The notes: a model not told the origin generated them from the letters alone. DNA of 32,000 bases from an uncultured archaeon (GCA_964595665.1 CAZQQS010000001.1:39820-71819), one strand, 5' to 3'. Numbered from the stretch's first letter, positions 15,604 to 25,128 are shown. Translations and numbers: made by a program.

Positions 15604-18195
15604 TCATCTCTTAAATGCACTTGCTGTTTTACCAGCATCCCATGTTGTTCTGGGTCTTATCTTAACCATCCAAAGTTTTTCTGAATTATCATCTAGGATT
15701 AAAGCATAACCTTTTGCTCTTGGCAATGTAGCATAATATTTATCCATATCTTCATTTAGGTAGCTAGGACGTAAAGCACCAACAGAATCAATATCCATTT
15801 TTGCAGTTAATCGCATACTAATAAATAAATCACATTGAGAAATTGCATCTGGATGTAATCTTTCGGGTCTTTGTGTTGCCAATAATAAAGATAAACCGGG
15901 TTGTCTTCCTACTCTAACCCATTCTAATAAAACATCTAATGCCATAGAATTTCTATCTTTTGGCATGAACATGTGTGCTTCATCAATTAGCATCCAAACC
16001 ATTGGTAAATCAGCTTGTTTATCTTCTCCTGCAATCAATAATATTTCTTCTTTTTTTCTTTCTAATTCTCTTTGTTCAAACAATCTTTTTCCTAATATTG
16101 CAACTATAATTTCTCTAACATTTTCCATTCCCAAAACTTGACCATAAGTTGAAACATCTACAACAGTAATTGCTCCTGGTTTGGCAATATCTGTAATATT
16201 TGAACCATCTTTGAAAAATATTCCCCAAGAATCAGCAACTTTAAATCTATTTTTTAAATTTGCTCTATCTTTTAAATCATAATTTTCTAATGAATCTATA
16301 ATACTATAAATTTCAGGTAAACCATAATAAGTATTAAATGTTGCTCTTGCCTTTTCAATTGTTTCTAATAAAATTGCAGATTCAATTTCTGACCAAGATA
16401 AATGGAACATAGATAGCCATTCAGTAGAATCAATATCTGCTAATTTTAAACTAAATGCAGCATCTACAGGCAATTTATTTTTTTCATAAAAATCTAGTTT
16501 TCCTGCAGGTACTAAAACTCTAAAATTATTTAATCCTTGAGGTTCTAAACCCCAATCATATAATGAATCTGATTCTTCTCTATTTGGTAATTTCATTGAC
16601 CAAAATATCCCAACAGTATCAATTACAATAATTGCCATTTTATTTCTTATATCTGGAGGTAATTGATTAAATCCTTCTAAGAATACAGACATAGTATAAC
16701 TATTATGGACTATTATATCATTTGCAATAAAGTTGTGATGTTTAGGAACAACGATGTCGTATACTTTCTCAGTTTTATTTATTAACTCTATTTTTACTAT
16801 TTCATCCCAAAAGATATCACTTTTTGCTAAATTCATTAAATAATCTGATTTTTCTAATTTTGCAATTTTTTCTAATTTAGATCTTCCGATAGAGTATCTT
16901 TTTAACTCTCTTGCACTTTTAGGGATTTTGTAATTTAGTATTTTTCCAATTTTTGTCCAAGATGATTTAAATTCATAATTATTCCAAAGTTCTTTTGGGA
17001 TTGTATCAATATTAGTATTAAATTTTAATTTCTTCGCAATAGTTAATGCTGATTTTGCTTTTTTTTCTTTTTCTCCAAAGAATCCGATTTCTTCAATAAA
17101 TGTTTTTACAAATTCACCAGAAATTACTAATTCATAGGCTTTGAATAATTTTCCTTTATAATTAATATTTTTATTCTTAGAAATGGATATAATTCCAAAT
17201 CTTAAAAGTAAACTTTGAACTTGTTTAATTAATTTTTCTGAAGCTGAGCAATAATCTATTCTATAGAATTCGCTATGTTTATAGATTGAACCATCACAAC
17301 TAAATAATCTATTTAAAAATAAAGATAATTCTTCTTTAGGTAATTTGTATATTATTTCAGGAATTTCTTTTTCTTTTGCCAATTTATCAAAAGCACTAAT
17401 TTCTTTTAGCCATTTTTTCAAGCTGTTTTGAGGCGTGAATTCAATTCCTTTACTGAATAAATTGCCTGTTCTACAATTAATTAATATTTCTCTTTTATAA
17501 TTGTTATTAATAGTTCTTAATGTTACGCCCATTGGTTTTGTGCAAAGATTCTTATCAAATTTACAAACACATTTCTTATAATCTTCAATTATTTTTTCAT
17601 CTGTATTTGTAAACCACACATTATTGTTCATCGTGTGTCCTTCAGCTATCAAATATGCTAAAAGTTTTGTTTTACAATTATCTAATTTGGTTTTCCCAAA
17701 GAAAGATATTCTTCTAGGAGTTGCAATTCTTGAGCCGTTCTTTAATTTTTGAGCTTCTTGCCACCCATTAATAGTATATAAAGGGTGTTCAGGAGTTAAT
17801 TCAATTTCTTTACCAGTTCTTAATTTTAGTTTAAGTATTTTATTTACTGTTCTTTCGTAAAACTCAGTTTTATTTGATTTTTCTAAATTTAAATTAGTAT
17901 TTAAAGCAATTATTTTTCGCTTATCTTTGGTCAAATCCTTAATTTTACAAACAAGTCCATCTTCTAATTGTATTTCAGTATTTCCGGTTAGGCATTTTCC
18001 TCCACCTCTTTTTCCACAAATCAATACAACGTGTGGTCGAGCTAAGTCAACAATAATTTTTCTACCTAATACTGGGTTTTCACCAGAACTCATTACAACT
18101 TTGCCTAAAAAACCAGTTCCTTTTTTGCCATATTTTTTAATATCGCTTTCTGTTCTTCCTATAATTACTTCTTCTGTGCTTAATTCAAATGACAT
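15604..18195 (-). CDS. HerA/FtsK-superfamily (DUF87, COG0433-like) P-loop ATPase interrupted by an intein
   Basis: Exteins give Walker A LICGKRGGGK|SYT, Walker B VWMLIDEAHMF, and GRQPGLSLLLATQRPERL...Q, typical of HerA-like ATPases. ATG at 18195 (MSFEL...) is preferred over TTG at 18204. Confidence 0.85.
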   Translation of the reverse strand: MSFELSTEEVIIGRTESDIKKYGKKGTGFLGKVVMSSGENPVLGRKIIVDLARPHVVLICGKRGGGKCLTGNTEIQLEDGLVCKIKDLTKDKRKIIALNTNLNLEKSNKTEFYERTVNKILKLKLRTGKEIELTPEHPLYTINGWQEAQKLKNGSRIATPRRISFFGKTKLDNCKTKLLAYLIAEGHTMNNNVWFTNTDEKIIEDYKKCVCKFDKNLCTKPMGVTLRTINNNYKREILINCRTGNLFSKGIEFTPQNSLKKWLKEISAFDKLAKEKEIPEIIYKLPKEELSLFLNRLFSCDGSIYKHSEFYRIDYCSASEKLIKQVQSLLLRFGIISISKNKNINYKGKLFKAYELVISGEFVKTFIEEIGFFGEKEKKAKSALTIAKKLKFNTNIDTIPKELWNNYEFKSSWTKIGKILNYKIPKSARELKRYSIGRSKLEKIAKLEKSDYLMNLAKSDIFWDEIVKIELINKTEKVYDIVVPKHHNFIANDIIVHNSYTMSVFLEGFNQLPPDIRNKMAIIVIDTVGIFWSMKLPNREESDSLYDWGLEPQGLNNFRVLVPAGKLDFYEKNKLPVDAAFSLKLADIDSTEWLSMFHLSWSEIESAILLETIEKARATFNTYYGLPEIYSIIDSLENYDLKDRANLKNRFKVADSWGIFFKDGSNITDIAKPGAITVVDVSTYGQVLGMENVREIIVAILGKRLFEQRELERKKEEILLIAGEDKQADLPMVWMLIDEAHMFMPKDRNSMALDVLLEWVRVGRQPGLSLLLATQRPERLHPDAISQCDLFISMRLTAKMDIDSVGALRPSYLNEDMDKYYATLPRAKGYALILDDNSEKLWMVKIRPRTTWDAGKTASAFKR
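16702..17994 (-). mobile_element. 431-aa intein with a LAGLIDADG homing-endonuclease domain, inserted in the Walker A motif
   Basis: Cys1 codon at 17992-17994 (CLTGNTEI, block A). TPEHPLYT (block B). LLAYLIAEGH and FLNRLFSCDGS (LAGLIDADG motifs). VYDIVVPKHHNFIANDIIVHN followed by Ser+1 (codon 16699-16701). Confidence 0.85.
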
Positions 18196-18300
18196 ATTAT
18201 ACAAATGTTAATTAAATATATATAGTTTTTGTTATATTTAATTTAATTTAAATAAATAAATTTATAAATAAGTTTATTATTTATAATTTAGTGATATATT

Positions 18301-18444
18301 ATGGGTAATGAAGTAGGTTTATTTTTAATAGGATTGGGTGTGGGAACATATATTCCTTTATTGCCTCCACCATTAAATGTTATTCAACCATATTTAGGGT
18401 TGGTAGTAATATTAATTGGTGTATTAATAATGGTTAAGAAGTAA
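18301..18444 (+). CDS. possible 47-aa two-TM membrane peptide
   Basis: ATG at 18301 to TAA at 18442-18444, giving MGNEVGLFLIGLGVGTYIPLLPPPLNVIQPYLGLVVILIGVLIMVKK. Not in the supplied ORF track, presumably because it is short. No Shine-Dalgarno sequence seen. Confidence 0.3.
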   Translation: MGNEVGLFLIGLGVGTYIPLLPPPLNVIQPYLGLVVILIGVLIMVKK

Positions 18445-19065
18445 TTAAATAGAATAATTAAAAGCTTTTAAAAATTTCAACAATCTTGAAATTTTTGCAT
18501 GTAATCTACCAGTTAATAATCTATGATTTAAGCTATATTTAATTAAAGTATCTAATGAACTAGCTGTTAAAATAAGTGATTTATATCGATTATTATGAGA
18601 ATTAAGATTATTTTCATAATTTTTTTTTATTTCGTTAAATTTAGAATCTCTAACTAAATCTTCAATAATTTTATAGAAAGTGTATTCTATAGTTCCTTTT
18701 TTAGGTAAAATTTTACTAAAATTTGGTTTTAAGTTATCTATAGCATCAGATAATTCTCGTCTTTCATAATCATCTGCAATTCTTAATTGTGATCTCATAT
18801 TAATTTTTGATTGTTCAACATTTTTTATTTCTGCATCAATAGCAGTTAAAATATTTAATGCTTTTTGAAAAGCAATATAAGTTTCTGAAATTTCTTTTGG
18901 TCTTAACAAATCTTGTCTTTTTTTAAGTTTCGCTGCAGTTTCTTCTTCAAATATTTTTCTTTCTTTTAATTTTTTTGCAGCTAAACCTTCAAAATCTGTA
19001 CGTTTTATTGTAGGGTGGTTTTTACTAAATAAATTTAATTGTTCAGGTTTTTTAATTTTAGGCAT
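18445..19065 (-). CDS. hypothetical protein (206 aa, charged, probably coiled-coil)
   Basis: Long ORF with an AT-rich upstream region. I recognise no motif. Confidence 0.5.
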   Translation of the reverse strand: MPKIKKPEQLNLFSKNHPTIKRTDFEGLAAKKLKERKIFEEETAAKLKKRQDLLRPKEISETYIAFQKALNILTAIDAEIKNVEQSKINMRSQLRIADDYERRELSDAIDNLKPNFSKILPKKGTIEYTFYKIIEDLVRDSKFNEIKKNYENNLNSHNNRYKSLILTASSLDTLIKYSLNHRLLTGRLHAKISRLLKFLKAFNYSI

Positions 19066-19130
19066 AATATATATAGATACTAATAGTTTATATTTTTAAT
19101 TGTCTTATTTTATATATTAGAGGTGAATAT

Positions 19131-19724
19131 ATGAAGTTAATGTATTGGAATATTATTTTAATAAGTTTAATTGTTTTAGCAATTATTGGAACATCTTATG
19201 TTTTTTTTAAAGACAATCCTATCGATTTGAATTTGCCAGAATATGAATATGTTGATTATAATGATAGAGTAACTGTAGATTATGAATTGATTGTAGATAA
19301 TGAATTAATTGAAACTACTTTTAATGATGATACAAACTTAAGTTTTGTAGTTGGTTCGGGAAAAGTAATAAAAGGTTTTGATTTAGGGGTTTTGGGATTA
19401 AGTGAAAATGCAGAAACCACATTAATTATAGACCCAGAAAATGCATATGGGTTGGCATCTGAATATCCTTTTAAATCTCAAGAAGATTTGAATTTGATTA
19501 TGGATGCATTAAAAGAACAACTTGGTTCGGACGTAAATATTGCAAATATGAGAAATGCTACATTTTACAATCTTTATGGCCAGAAATGTATTTTTGAAGA
19601 TTATAATTTAGAACAAAATGTTCAATATTTTGGTTGTCAACATCAATTAGCGGGTCAAACATTGAATTTTAAAATTCAAGTTTTAAATATAGAAAAAGCT
19701 GGAGATTATTTAGAAAGTGATTAA
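19131..19724 (+). CDS. FKBP-type peptidyl-prolyl cis-trans isomerase (SlyD-like with insert-in-flap region) with an N-terminal membrane anchor
   Basis: VTVDYELIVDNELIETTF...LSFVVGSGKVIKGFDLGVLGL...IDPENAYG and C-terminal HQLAGQTLNFKIQVLNIE. N-terminal TM WNIILISLIVLAIIGTSYVFF. AGGTGA upstream. Confidence 0.8.
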   Translation: MKLMYWNIILISLIVLAIIGTSYVFFKDNPIDLNLPEYEYVDYNDRVTVDYELIVDNELIETTFNDDTNLSFVVGSGKVIKGFDLGVLGLSENAETTLIIDPENAYGLASEYPFKSQEDLNLIMDALKEQLGSDVNIANMRNATFYNLYGQKCIFEDYNLEQNVQYFGCQHQLAGQTLNFKIQVLNIEKAGDYLESD

Positions 19725-20435
19725 ATGTTTAAAGTAATTTTATTTGATTTGGATAATACTCTAATGGATTTTGCTTTGCGTAAAAATAGAGCTGTGGGTG
19801 CAGCGATAAAAGCTATGCAAGAATCAGGGTTAAATCTAGATTATAAAATTGCAGAAAAAGAAATATATAAATTATATGATAAATTTGGAATAGAAAATCA
19901 TAGTGTTTTTGAAAAATTTTTGGAAAAAAGAAAACTATCTAAAGATTATATATTATTAGCAAAGGCAGTAAATGCTTACATTATGGCCAAATATTCTGAA
20001 ACAAGAACTTATCCAGAAGTGAAAAGTATATTTTTAAAATTTATAAAAAAAGGAATAAAATTAGGGATAGTTAGTGATGCGCCAAGATTTCAAGCTTATA
20101 CTCGATTGGTAGAATTAGGTTTAGAAGATTTTTTTGATATTATATTAACTTTTGATGATATATGTGCATTAAAAGATACTACAAAACCTTTTGAGAAAGC
20201 TTTGAGTTTGTTAAAGGTTCCTGCAAAGAAGGTATTATTTGTGGGAGATAGACCCGATAGAGACGTATTAAATGCACGAAAAGTAGGTATGAAAACCGCT
20301 TTTGCAGCTTATGGTTATTATGGTGGAATAGTTCCTAGAAAAGTATCAAAAAAAGAATTAAATGCAGTAAATAGAGAATATAAGCCAGATTATATTTTAA
20401 ATAAATTTAATGATATCTTAAAGGTGATTAATTGA
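19725..20435 (+). CDS. HAD-superfamily hydrolase
   Basis: Motif I ILFDLDNTLMDF, motif II GIVSDA, motif IV VGDRPDRDV. Confidence 0.8.
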   Translation: MFKVILFDLDNTLMDFALRKNRAVGAAIKAMQESGLNLDYKIAEKEIYKLYDKFGIENHSVFEKFLEKRKLSKDYILLAKAVNAYIMAKYSETRTYPEVKSIFLKFIKKGIKLGIVSDAPRFQAYTRLVELGLEDFFDIILTFDDICALKDTTKPFEKALSLLKVPAKKVLFVGDRPDRDVLNARKVGMKTAFAAYGYYGGIVPRKVSKKELNAVNREYKPDYILNKFNDILKVIN

Positions 20436-21904
20436 AAAAATATTTTACAACTCCAATATATTATGTTAATGATAAACCGCATATAGGACATGCGTTTACA
20501 ACTATCTGTGCAGATTATTTAGCAAGATTTTATCGATCTTTAGGACAAGAGGTTTATTTTTTAACTGGAACTGATGAACATGGTAAAAAAATTTCTGATG
20601 CGGCATTAAAAGCAAATATGTCGGAAAAAGAATTTTGTGATTCAATAGTTATACATTTTAAAGATGCTTTAAAAATAGTAAATGCATCAAATGATAATTT
20701 TATTAGAACAACTGATAAAAAACATGAGGAATATGTTAAAGATGTTTTTCAAAAATTATACGATCAAGGAGATTTATACAAAGGAAAATATTCTGGTAAA
20801 TATTGTGTTGGTTGTGAAAGATATTATGGGGATGATGAATTAATTGATGGTTGTTGTCCAGATCATAAAACAAAAGCAATTGATATGGAAGAAGAAACGT
20901 ATTTTTTTAAGTTATCAAAATATGAAAATCAATTAAAAAAATTATTTGAAAGTGATTTTATTTATCCCAAAAAATTTAAAAATGAAATTTTGACAAGAAT
21001 TAATTTGGGTTTAAAAGATGTTTCTGTTTCTAGAACTAATTTTTCTTGGGGTGTTGAATTACCTTTTGATAAAAAACATGTAATTTATGTTTGGTTTGAT
21101 GCTTTATTAAATTATTTATCAGGCTTAGAAGATAAAAATTATTGGCCTGCAACTCATTTATTAGGAAAAGATATTTTATGGTTTCACGTAGTTTATTGGC
21201 CCGCAATATTATTGGCTTTGGGTAAAAAAATTCCAAAATTTTTTGTTCATGGTTGGTGGACTGTTGATGGTCAGAAAATGTCTAAAAGTTTAGGAAATGT
21301 AGTTTCAATTGATACTTTATCTAAATATGGTATAGATATTTCTAGATATTATTTAATTAAACAAATGCCTTGTGGAGAGGATGCTGATTTTAATACAAAT
21401 TATTTTGAAGAAAGATATTTAGAATTAGCAAATAATTTAGGAAATTTAATTAATAGAGTTGCAATTATTTCTCAAAAAAATGAATTAGATTTAACTAAAG
21501 ATTATGAATTAGATAAAGAAATTTTAGAGAATACTGAATTAACTATAAATAAAGTAATTGTTGATTTAGAGATTTTTAAATTGCAAGATTCTTTAAATGA
21601 TATTATGGCTTATTCACAATTCTTGAATAGATATATTAATGATTATGAACCTTGGAAATTAGTTAAAGAAGATAGAGAAAAAACATCAAAAGTATTATTT
21701 AATTTAGTTCAGGGAATTAATATTTTGACTTTGCTTTTAGAACCATGTATGCCTTCTAAAATGCAAGAAGCAAGAGATATTTTTGGATTCAAGAGTAAAA
21801 CTTTATTTGAAGCATATACAAAGAATAAATCTTTAACTTTGGAAAATCCTTCTAGAATAGAGCCAAAGATTTTATTCCCTAAAATAGAAAAGTTTGAGTT
21901 TTGA
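20432..21904 (+). CDS. metG: methionyl-tRNA synthetase (short form, no C-terminal dimerisation/tRNA-binding domain)
   Basis: TTPIYYVNDKPHIGHAFT (HIGH motif), Zn knuckle CVGCERY...CCPDH, and KMSKS. TTG start at 20432 preceded by AAGGTGAT. Confidence 0.9.
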   Translation: MKKYFTTPIYYVNDKPHIGHAFTTICADYLARFYRSLGQEVYFLTGTDEHGKKISDAALKANMSEKEFCDSIVIHFKDALKIVNASNDNFIRTTDKKHEEYVKDVFQKLYDQGDLYKGKYSGKYCVGCERYYGDDELIDGCCPDHKTKAIDMEEETYFFKLSKYENQLKKLFESDFIYPKKFKNEILTRINLGLKDVSVSRTNFSWGVELPFDKKHVIYVWFDALLNYLSGLEDKNYWPATHLLGKDILWFHVVYWPAILLALGKKIPKFFVHGWWTVDGQKMSKSLGNVVSIDTLSKYGIDISRYYLIKQMPCGEDADFNTNYFEERYLELANNLGNLINRVAIISQKNELDLTKDYELDKEILENTELTINKVIVDLEIFKLQDSLNDIMAYSQFLNRYINDYEPWKLVKEDREKTSKVLFNLVQGINILTLLLEPCMPSKMQEARDIFGFKSKTLFEAYTKNKSLTLENPSRIEPKILFPKIEKFEF

Positions 21905-21909
21905 TCATT

Positions 21910-22341
21910 ATGCAAATAAAAATTAAAAGAATTGATAACACATTACCAATGCCTAAATATCATACTGAAGGTTCTGTTGGATTTGATTTGTATTGTAGAG
22001 AGAGTATAGAAATACCTCCAAAAGAATTTAGGTATATTGCTCAAAATTTAATTATTGAGACGCCAAAAGGATATGCTTTATTGTGGATTGCTAGAAGCGG
22101 AATGCATAAACGAGGTTTAATGTTGTTAAATGGGATTGGATTATTCGATCAAGATTTTTCAGGCCCAGAAGATGAAGGTAAAGCAATATTATATAATTTC
22201 ACAGATCAAGTTGTTAAAGTTGATAAAGGGGATCGTTTAGTACAATGTGTATTTGTTAATTGTGCAATTGTTGATTTTGAAGAAGTAGATGTAATTTCTG
22301 AAAAAACAAGAGGCGGTTTAGGTTCTACAGGATTAAAATAG
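21910..22341 (+). CDS. dut: dUTP diphosphatase (dUTPase)
   Basis: KYHTEGSVGFDLY, GLFDQDFSG and C-terminal RGGLGSTG motifs, about 143 aa. ATG at 21910. Confidence 0.8.
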   Translation: MQIKIKRIDNTLPMPKYHTEGSVGFDLYCRESIEIPPKEFRYIAQNLIIETPKGYALLWIARSGMHKRGLMLLNGIGLFDQDFSGPEDEGKAILYNFTDQVVKVDKGDRLVQCVFVNCAIVDFEEVDVISEKTRGGLGSTGLK

Positions 22342-22372
22342 CCTTTAAAAACATTTTCTATTTCTTTTATAA

Positions 22373-23002
22373 ATGCAAACAATTACTAATTTACAACAAT
22401 TAAAAGAAGAATATAATTCTAATTCTGAAATGTTGTCTAATTTAGGATATATGGATATTGAAACTACTGGATTAAGTCCTGAATATAATGATGTTACTTT
22501 AATTGGTTTGCATTCTTTAGATGCTACTAGTATTTATATTGATAAGCATAATCATAATAAAGCTAAAAATGATATTGATGCTTGCAAGTATTTAGTTACT
22601 TTTAATGGCAATAGATTTGATATTCCTTTTATAGATAAGCATTATGGTTTAAATCAAGAATTTAAGTCAATTGATTTAATGTATTTATTTTGGCAATTAG
22701 GTTATAAAGGTGGTTTGAAGAAAATAGAAACTAATTTAGGACTATCTAGAGCTGAAGAAGTTGTTGGTATGAAAGGTAAAGATGCAGTTACTCTTTGGCA
22801 CAAATACAAACAAGGTTGTAAAGATTCTTTAAATAAATTAGTAAAATATAATTTTGAAGATATTGTTAATCTAGAAGTTTTATTTAATTTTGCTTTGCAA
22901 AAATCTTTTGGCAATAATGTGCCATTAGAAATATTAAGACAAAACCAATTAAACATAACAAAAAGAATTAAAGAAAAAGATTCTCTTTATGTTTGGGATT
23001 GA
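22373..23002 (+). CDS. RNase H-like (YprB/DEDD-type) putative 3'-5' exonuclease
   Basis: YMDIETTGLSP (ExoI-like DxE), TFNGNRFDIPFI, and YNFEDIVNLE. Confidence 0.65.
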   Translation: MQTITNLQQLKEEYNSNSEMLSNLGYMDIETTGLSPEYNDVTLIGLHSLDATSIYIDKHNHNKAKNDIDACKYLVTFNGNRFDIPFIDKHYGLNQEFKSIDLMYLFWQLGYKGGLKKIETNLGLSRAEEVVGMKGKDAVTLWHKYKQGCKDSLNKLVKYNFEDIVNLEVLFNFALQKSFGNNVPLEILRQNQLNITKRIKEKDSLYVWD

Positions 23003-24759
23003 ATGTAATTTTCATCCATTAATATGTAAAAATTGTCTTTTATTTTGTATCTATCACAACCATAAATTTCTAAAAATTCTAAAGTGTTTTTATTTTGATC
23101 AATTAATGTATTAATTTGTTCATAGGGGTCTAATTCTAAATTAAATCCATAAATTTCTTTTGTTTTTAACATATAAGAATATTTATTAGGGTATTTTACG
23201 ATACTTATTGATAAATCATTTTGTGTTTGTAGCATCATTTGACAATTATCATATTTTGTTAATTTTGCATTTCTTAATATTGGTTCAAATGAATTATTAT
23301 ATTCTGTTTTGTTTAATATTGAAAATATTGTGGGAATTAAATCAACTTCGCTAAATCTTTTTTCAAGAATTTTTCCATTTTTAATATAATTAGAATTGTT
23401 TTTTGGTATAAACACCAAAGAGGTTTTGAAATTATCTTCATAATGACCTACTTCGTTTATTGTATTTGCATTTATGCCAATTGGCCAACTATGATCTCCC
23501 AAAATAAATAAATGTGAATTGTTAGAATTATTTGTATATTTTTTATAATAGTCATAAAATTCTTTTAAAGCTGAATCTTGATTGTATAATGAATTGGCAT
23601 ATTCTTCATTAAAATCTTTTGGTTCTGAATAAACCAAATAATTAAAATCATTTTCAGTAAATGGGTAATGATGGGAAGATACTTCAATATATATAAATAA
23701 TTTATTCTGATCTTTGTAATTTTGGTTTAAATATTCAAAAATTCTTTTGTAAAATATTTTGTCATCGTAACCCCAAGGATATTTTAGATCTTTGTCGCTC
23801 ATAATATCTTCATAATGAATTTCTTGAAAACCAATATTATTAAAAAAATCTCCCGTATTAGTAAAATCTAATGTGTCTGATCGGAAAACTATTGTTTTAT
23901 ATCCACTTTCTTTTAATAATTGTGGCAAACATTTGTTTTGTATATCTTTAGGATAATATGAATATGCTTGTTTAAAATTTCCATTTATGCCACATAAAAT
24001 GTTTGCTTGTGCTCTATTTGTTCTTATACTATTACCATAAAAATTTTTTAATAATATCCCATCTTTAGAAATATCTAACATATTAGGCGTAATGGTTTCA
24101 TTTACCATTAAAGAATTTAGAGATTCCAATTGCAACATAATTATATTTTCATTAGAATTTGTGTTAAAATCATTTTTTGGAAAAAAAACAATTTGATTAT
24201 TTCTATATAATTCATCTTCAAGATTGTTTTTTAAATTTGAAAATATTAGTTCTCCATTCAATAAGATAGTTATAATTGTAATTATTACTATTATAAATAT
24301 AAATATAAGATTTTTAGGTTCTTTAAATTTAGATTTTGGTTTAAACACTTTGTTGTAAGTATAGATAAATAGTATTACAAAAATAGGAATTATTATAATA
24401 TATATTTTAAGTATTCCTAATAATCCATGTAAAATGTCAAAAATATTTTGTTGAAACTCTTGTAAATAGTTTATTGGTTTTAATGTAAATAGTATGTGTG
24501 TTAAAGAAACATATGTTGCTAAATAATAAATTATAAAAATACTTTTAATAATTTGAATAATAGTTTTGTTTTTTATAAAATAAATATTAAATAAATTTAA
24601 CAAATATAATATATTAAATACAAAAATATTTCTTAAAAACAAAGTAAAATCAGGTTTTAAATAAAGTTTTATAATGATTAAAGGAATAATTACTAAAACA
24701 ATGTAAAATAAATAAAATCCGTAATTTTCTTTAAGATGTTTTTTAATGTTAAAATTCAT
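22987..24759 (-). CDS. LtaS/sulfatase-family (alkaline phosphatase superfamily) membrane enzyme, phosphoglycerol-transferase-like
   Basis: About 5 N-terminal TM segments, then MLQLESLNS, NSIRTNRAQANILCG, SSHHYPF and LGDHSWP, typical of the sulfatase/LtaS fold. Confidence 0.75.
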   Translation of the reverse strand: MNFNIKKHLKENYGFYLFYIVLVIIPLIIIKLYLKPDFTLFLRNIFVFNILYLLNLFNIYFIKNKTIIQIIKSIFIIYYLATYVSLTHILFTLKPINYLQEFQQNIFDILHGLLGILKIYIIIIPIFVILFIYTYNKVFKPKSKFKEPKNLIFIFIIVIITIITILLNGELIFSNLKNNLEDELYRNNQIVFFPKNDFNTNSNENIIMLQLESLNSLMVNETITPNMLDISKDGILLKNFYGNSIRTNRAQANILCGINGNFKQAYSYYPKDIQNKCLPQLLKESGYKTIVFRSDTLDFTNTGDFFNNIGFQEIHYEDIMSDKDLKYPWGYDDKIFYKRIFEYLNQNYKDQNKLFIYIEVSSHHYPFTENDFNYLVYSEPKDFNEEYANSLYNQDSALKEFYDYYKKYTNNSNNSHLFILGDHSWPIGINANTINEVGHYEDNFKTSLVFIPKNNSNYIKNGKILEKRFSEVDLIPTIFSILNKTEYNNSFEPILRNAKLTKYDNCQMMLQTQNDLSISIVKYPNKYSYMLKTKEIYGFNLELDPYEQINTLIDQNKNTLEFLEIYGCDRYKIKDNFYILMDENYIQSQT

Positions 24760-24790
24760 TTTATCCCTATTTTTGGTTTTTATTAAATAA

Positions 24791-24864
24791 TGACCCGGAC
24801 GGGATTCGAACCCGCGACGGTTAGATTAAGAGTCTAATGCTCTACCAGGCTGAGCTACCAGGCC
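24791..24864 (-). tRNA. tRNA-Lys (anticodon CUU), no encoded CCA
   Basis: Reverse complement folds as GGCCTGG-TA-GCTC-AGCCTGGTA-GAGC-A-TTAGA-CTCTTAA-TCTAA-CCGTC-GCGGG-TTCGAAT-CCCGT-CCGGGTC-A. Confidence 0.9.
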
Positions 24865-24987
24865 AACTATATTCCTTTTAAACAAAATGTATAAGATTAA
24901 AATTGCAAGAATTTAAATATTGTACAAAATGTCATAACCTCAGGTTATGATACAAGGTCTGAAGTGCACTCCAAAACTTATATTTTG

Positions 24988-25004
24988 TTTGTGTGCAACA
25001 CAAA
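24988..25004. promoter_or_regulatory. palindrome TTTGTGT-GCA-ACACAAA (copy 2), inside a conserved spacer block of about 50 nt
   Basis: Perfect 7-bp arms. The flanking CCAAAACTTATATT...ACACAAAAA is nearly identical to the block at 25167-25203. Confidence 0.6.
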
Positions 25005-25045
25005 AATAAAGTTACAAATGACTTTATATCTTTACTTTTTTGAAA

Positions 25046-25128
25046 CGCTGGAAGAGGGACTTGAACCCTCGCCTCCTTTCGGAGATTAGATTAGCAGTCT
25101 AACGCGTTAACCACTCCGCCATCCCAGC
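25046..25128 (-). tRNA. tRNA-Ser (anticodon GCU) with long variable arm
   Basis: Reverse complement: acceptor GCTGGGA/TTCCAGC, anticodon arm TTAGA-CTGCTAA-TCTAA, variable arm TCTCCGAAAGGAGGC, T arm GAGGG-TTCAAGT-CCCTC, discriminator G. Confidence 0.9.

Noticed and set aside
18205-18300. Very AT-rich, repeat-looking spacer (TTTAATTTAATTTAAATAAATAAATTTATAAATAAG...) upstream of the ATPase.
   Set aside because: Low-complexity A/T sequence without a defined repeat unit. It is consistent with an ordinary archaeal promoter region in an AT-rich genome.
12975-19100. Integrated mobile element or genomic island bounded on the left by the tRNA-His att-like repeat.
   Set aside because: Not reported as a feature. 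No integrase, transposase, capsid or replication gene is recognisable, no third copy of the 44-mer occurs in the window, and I see no obvious compositional shift by eye. Kept only as one hypothesis in the findings.
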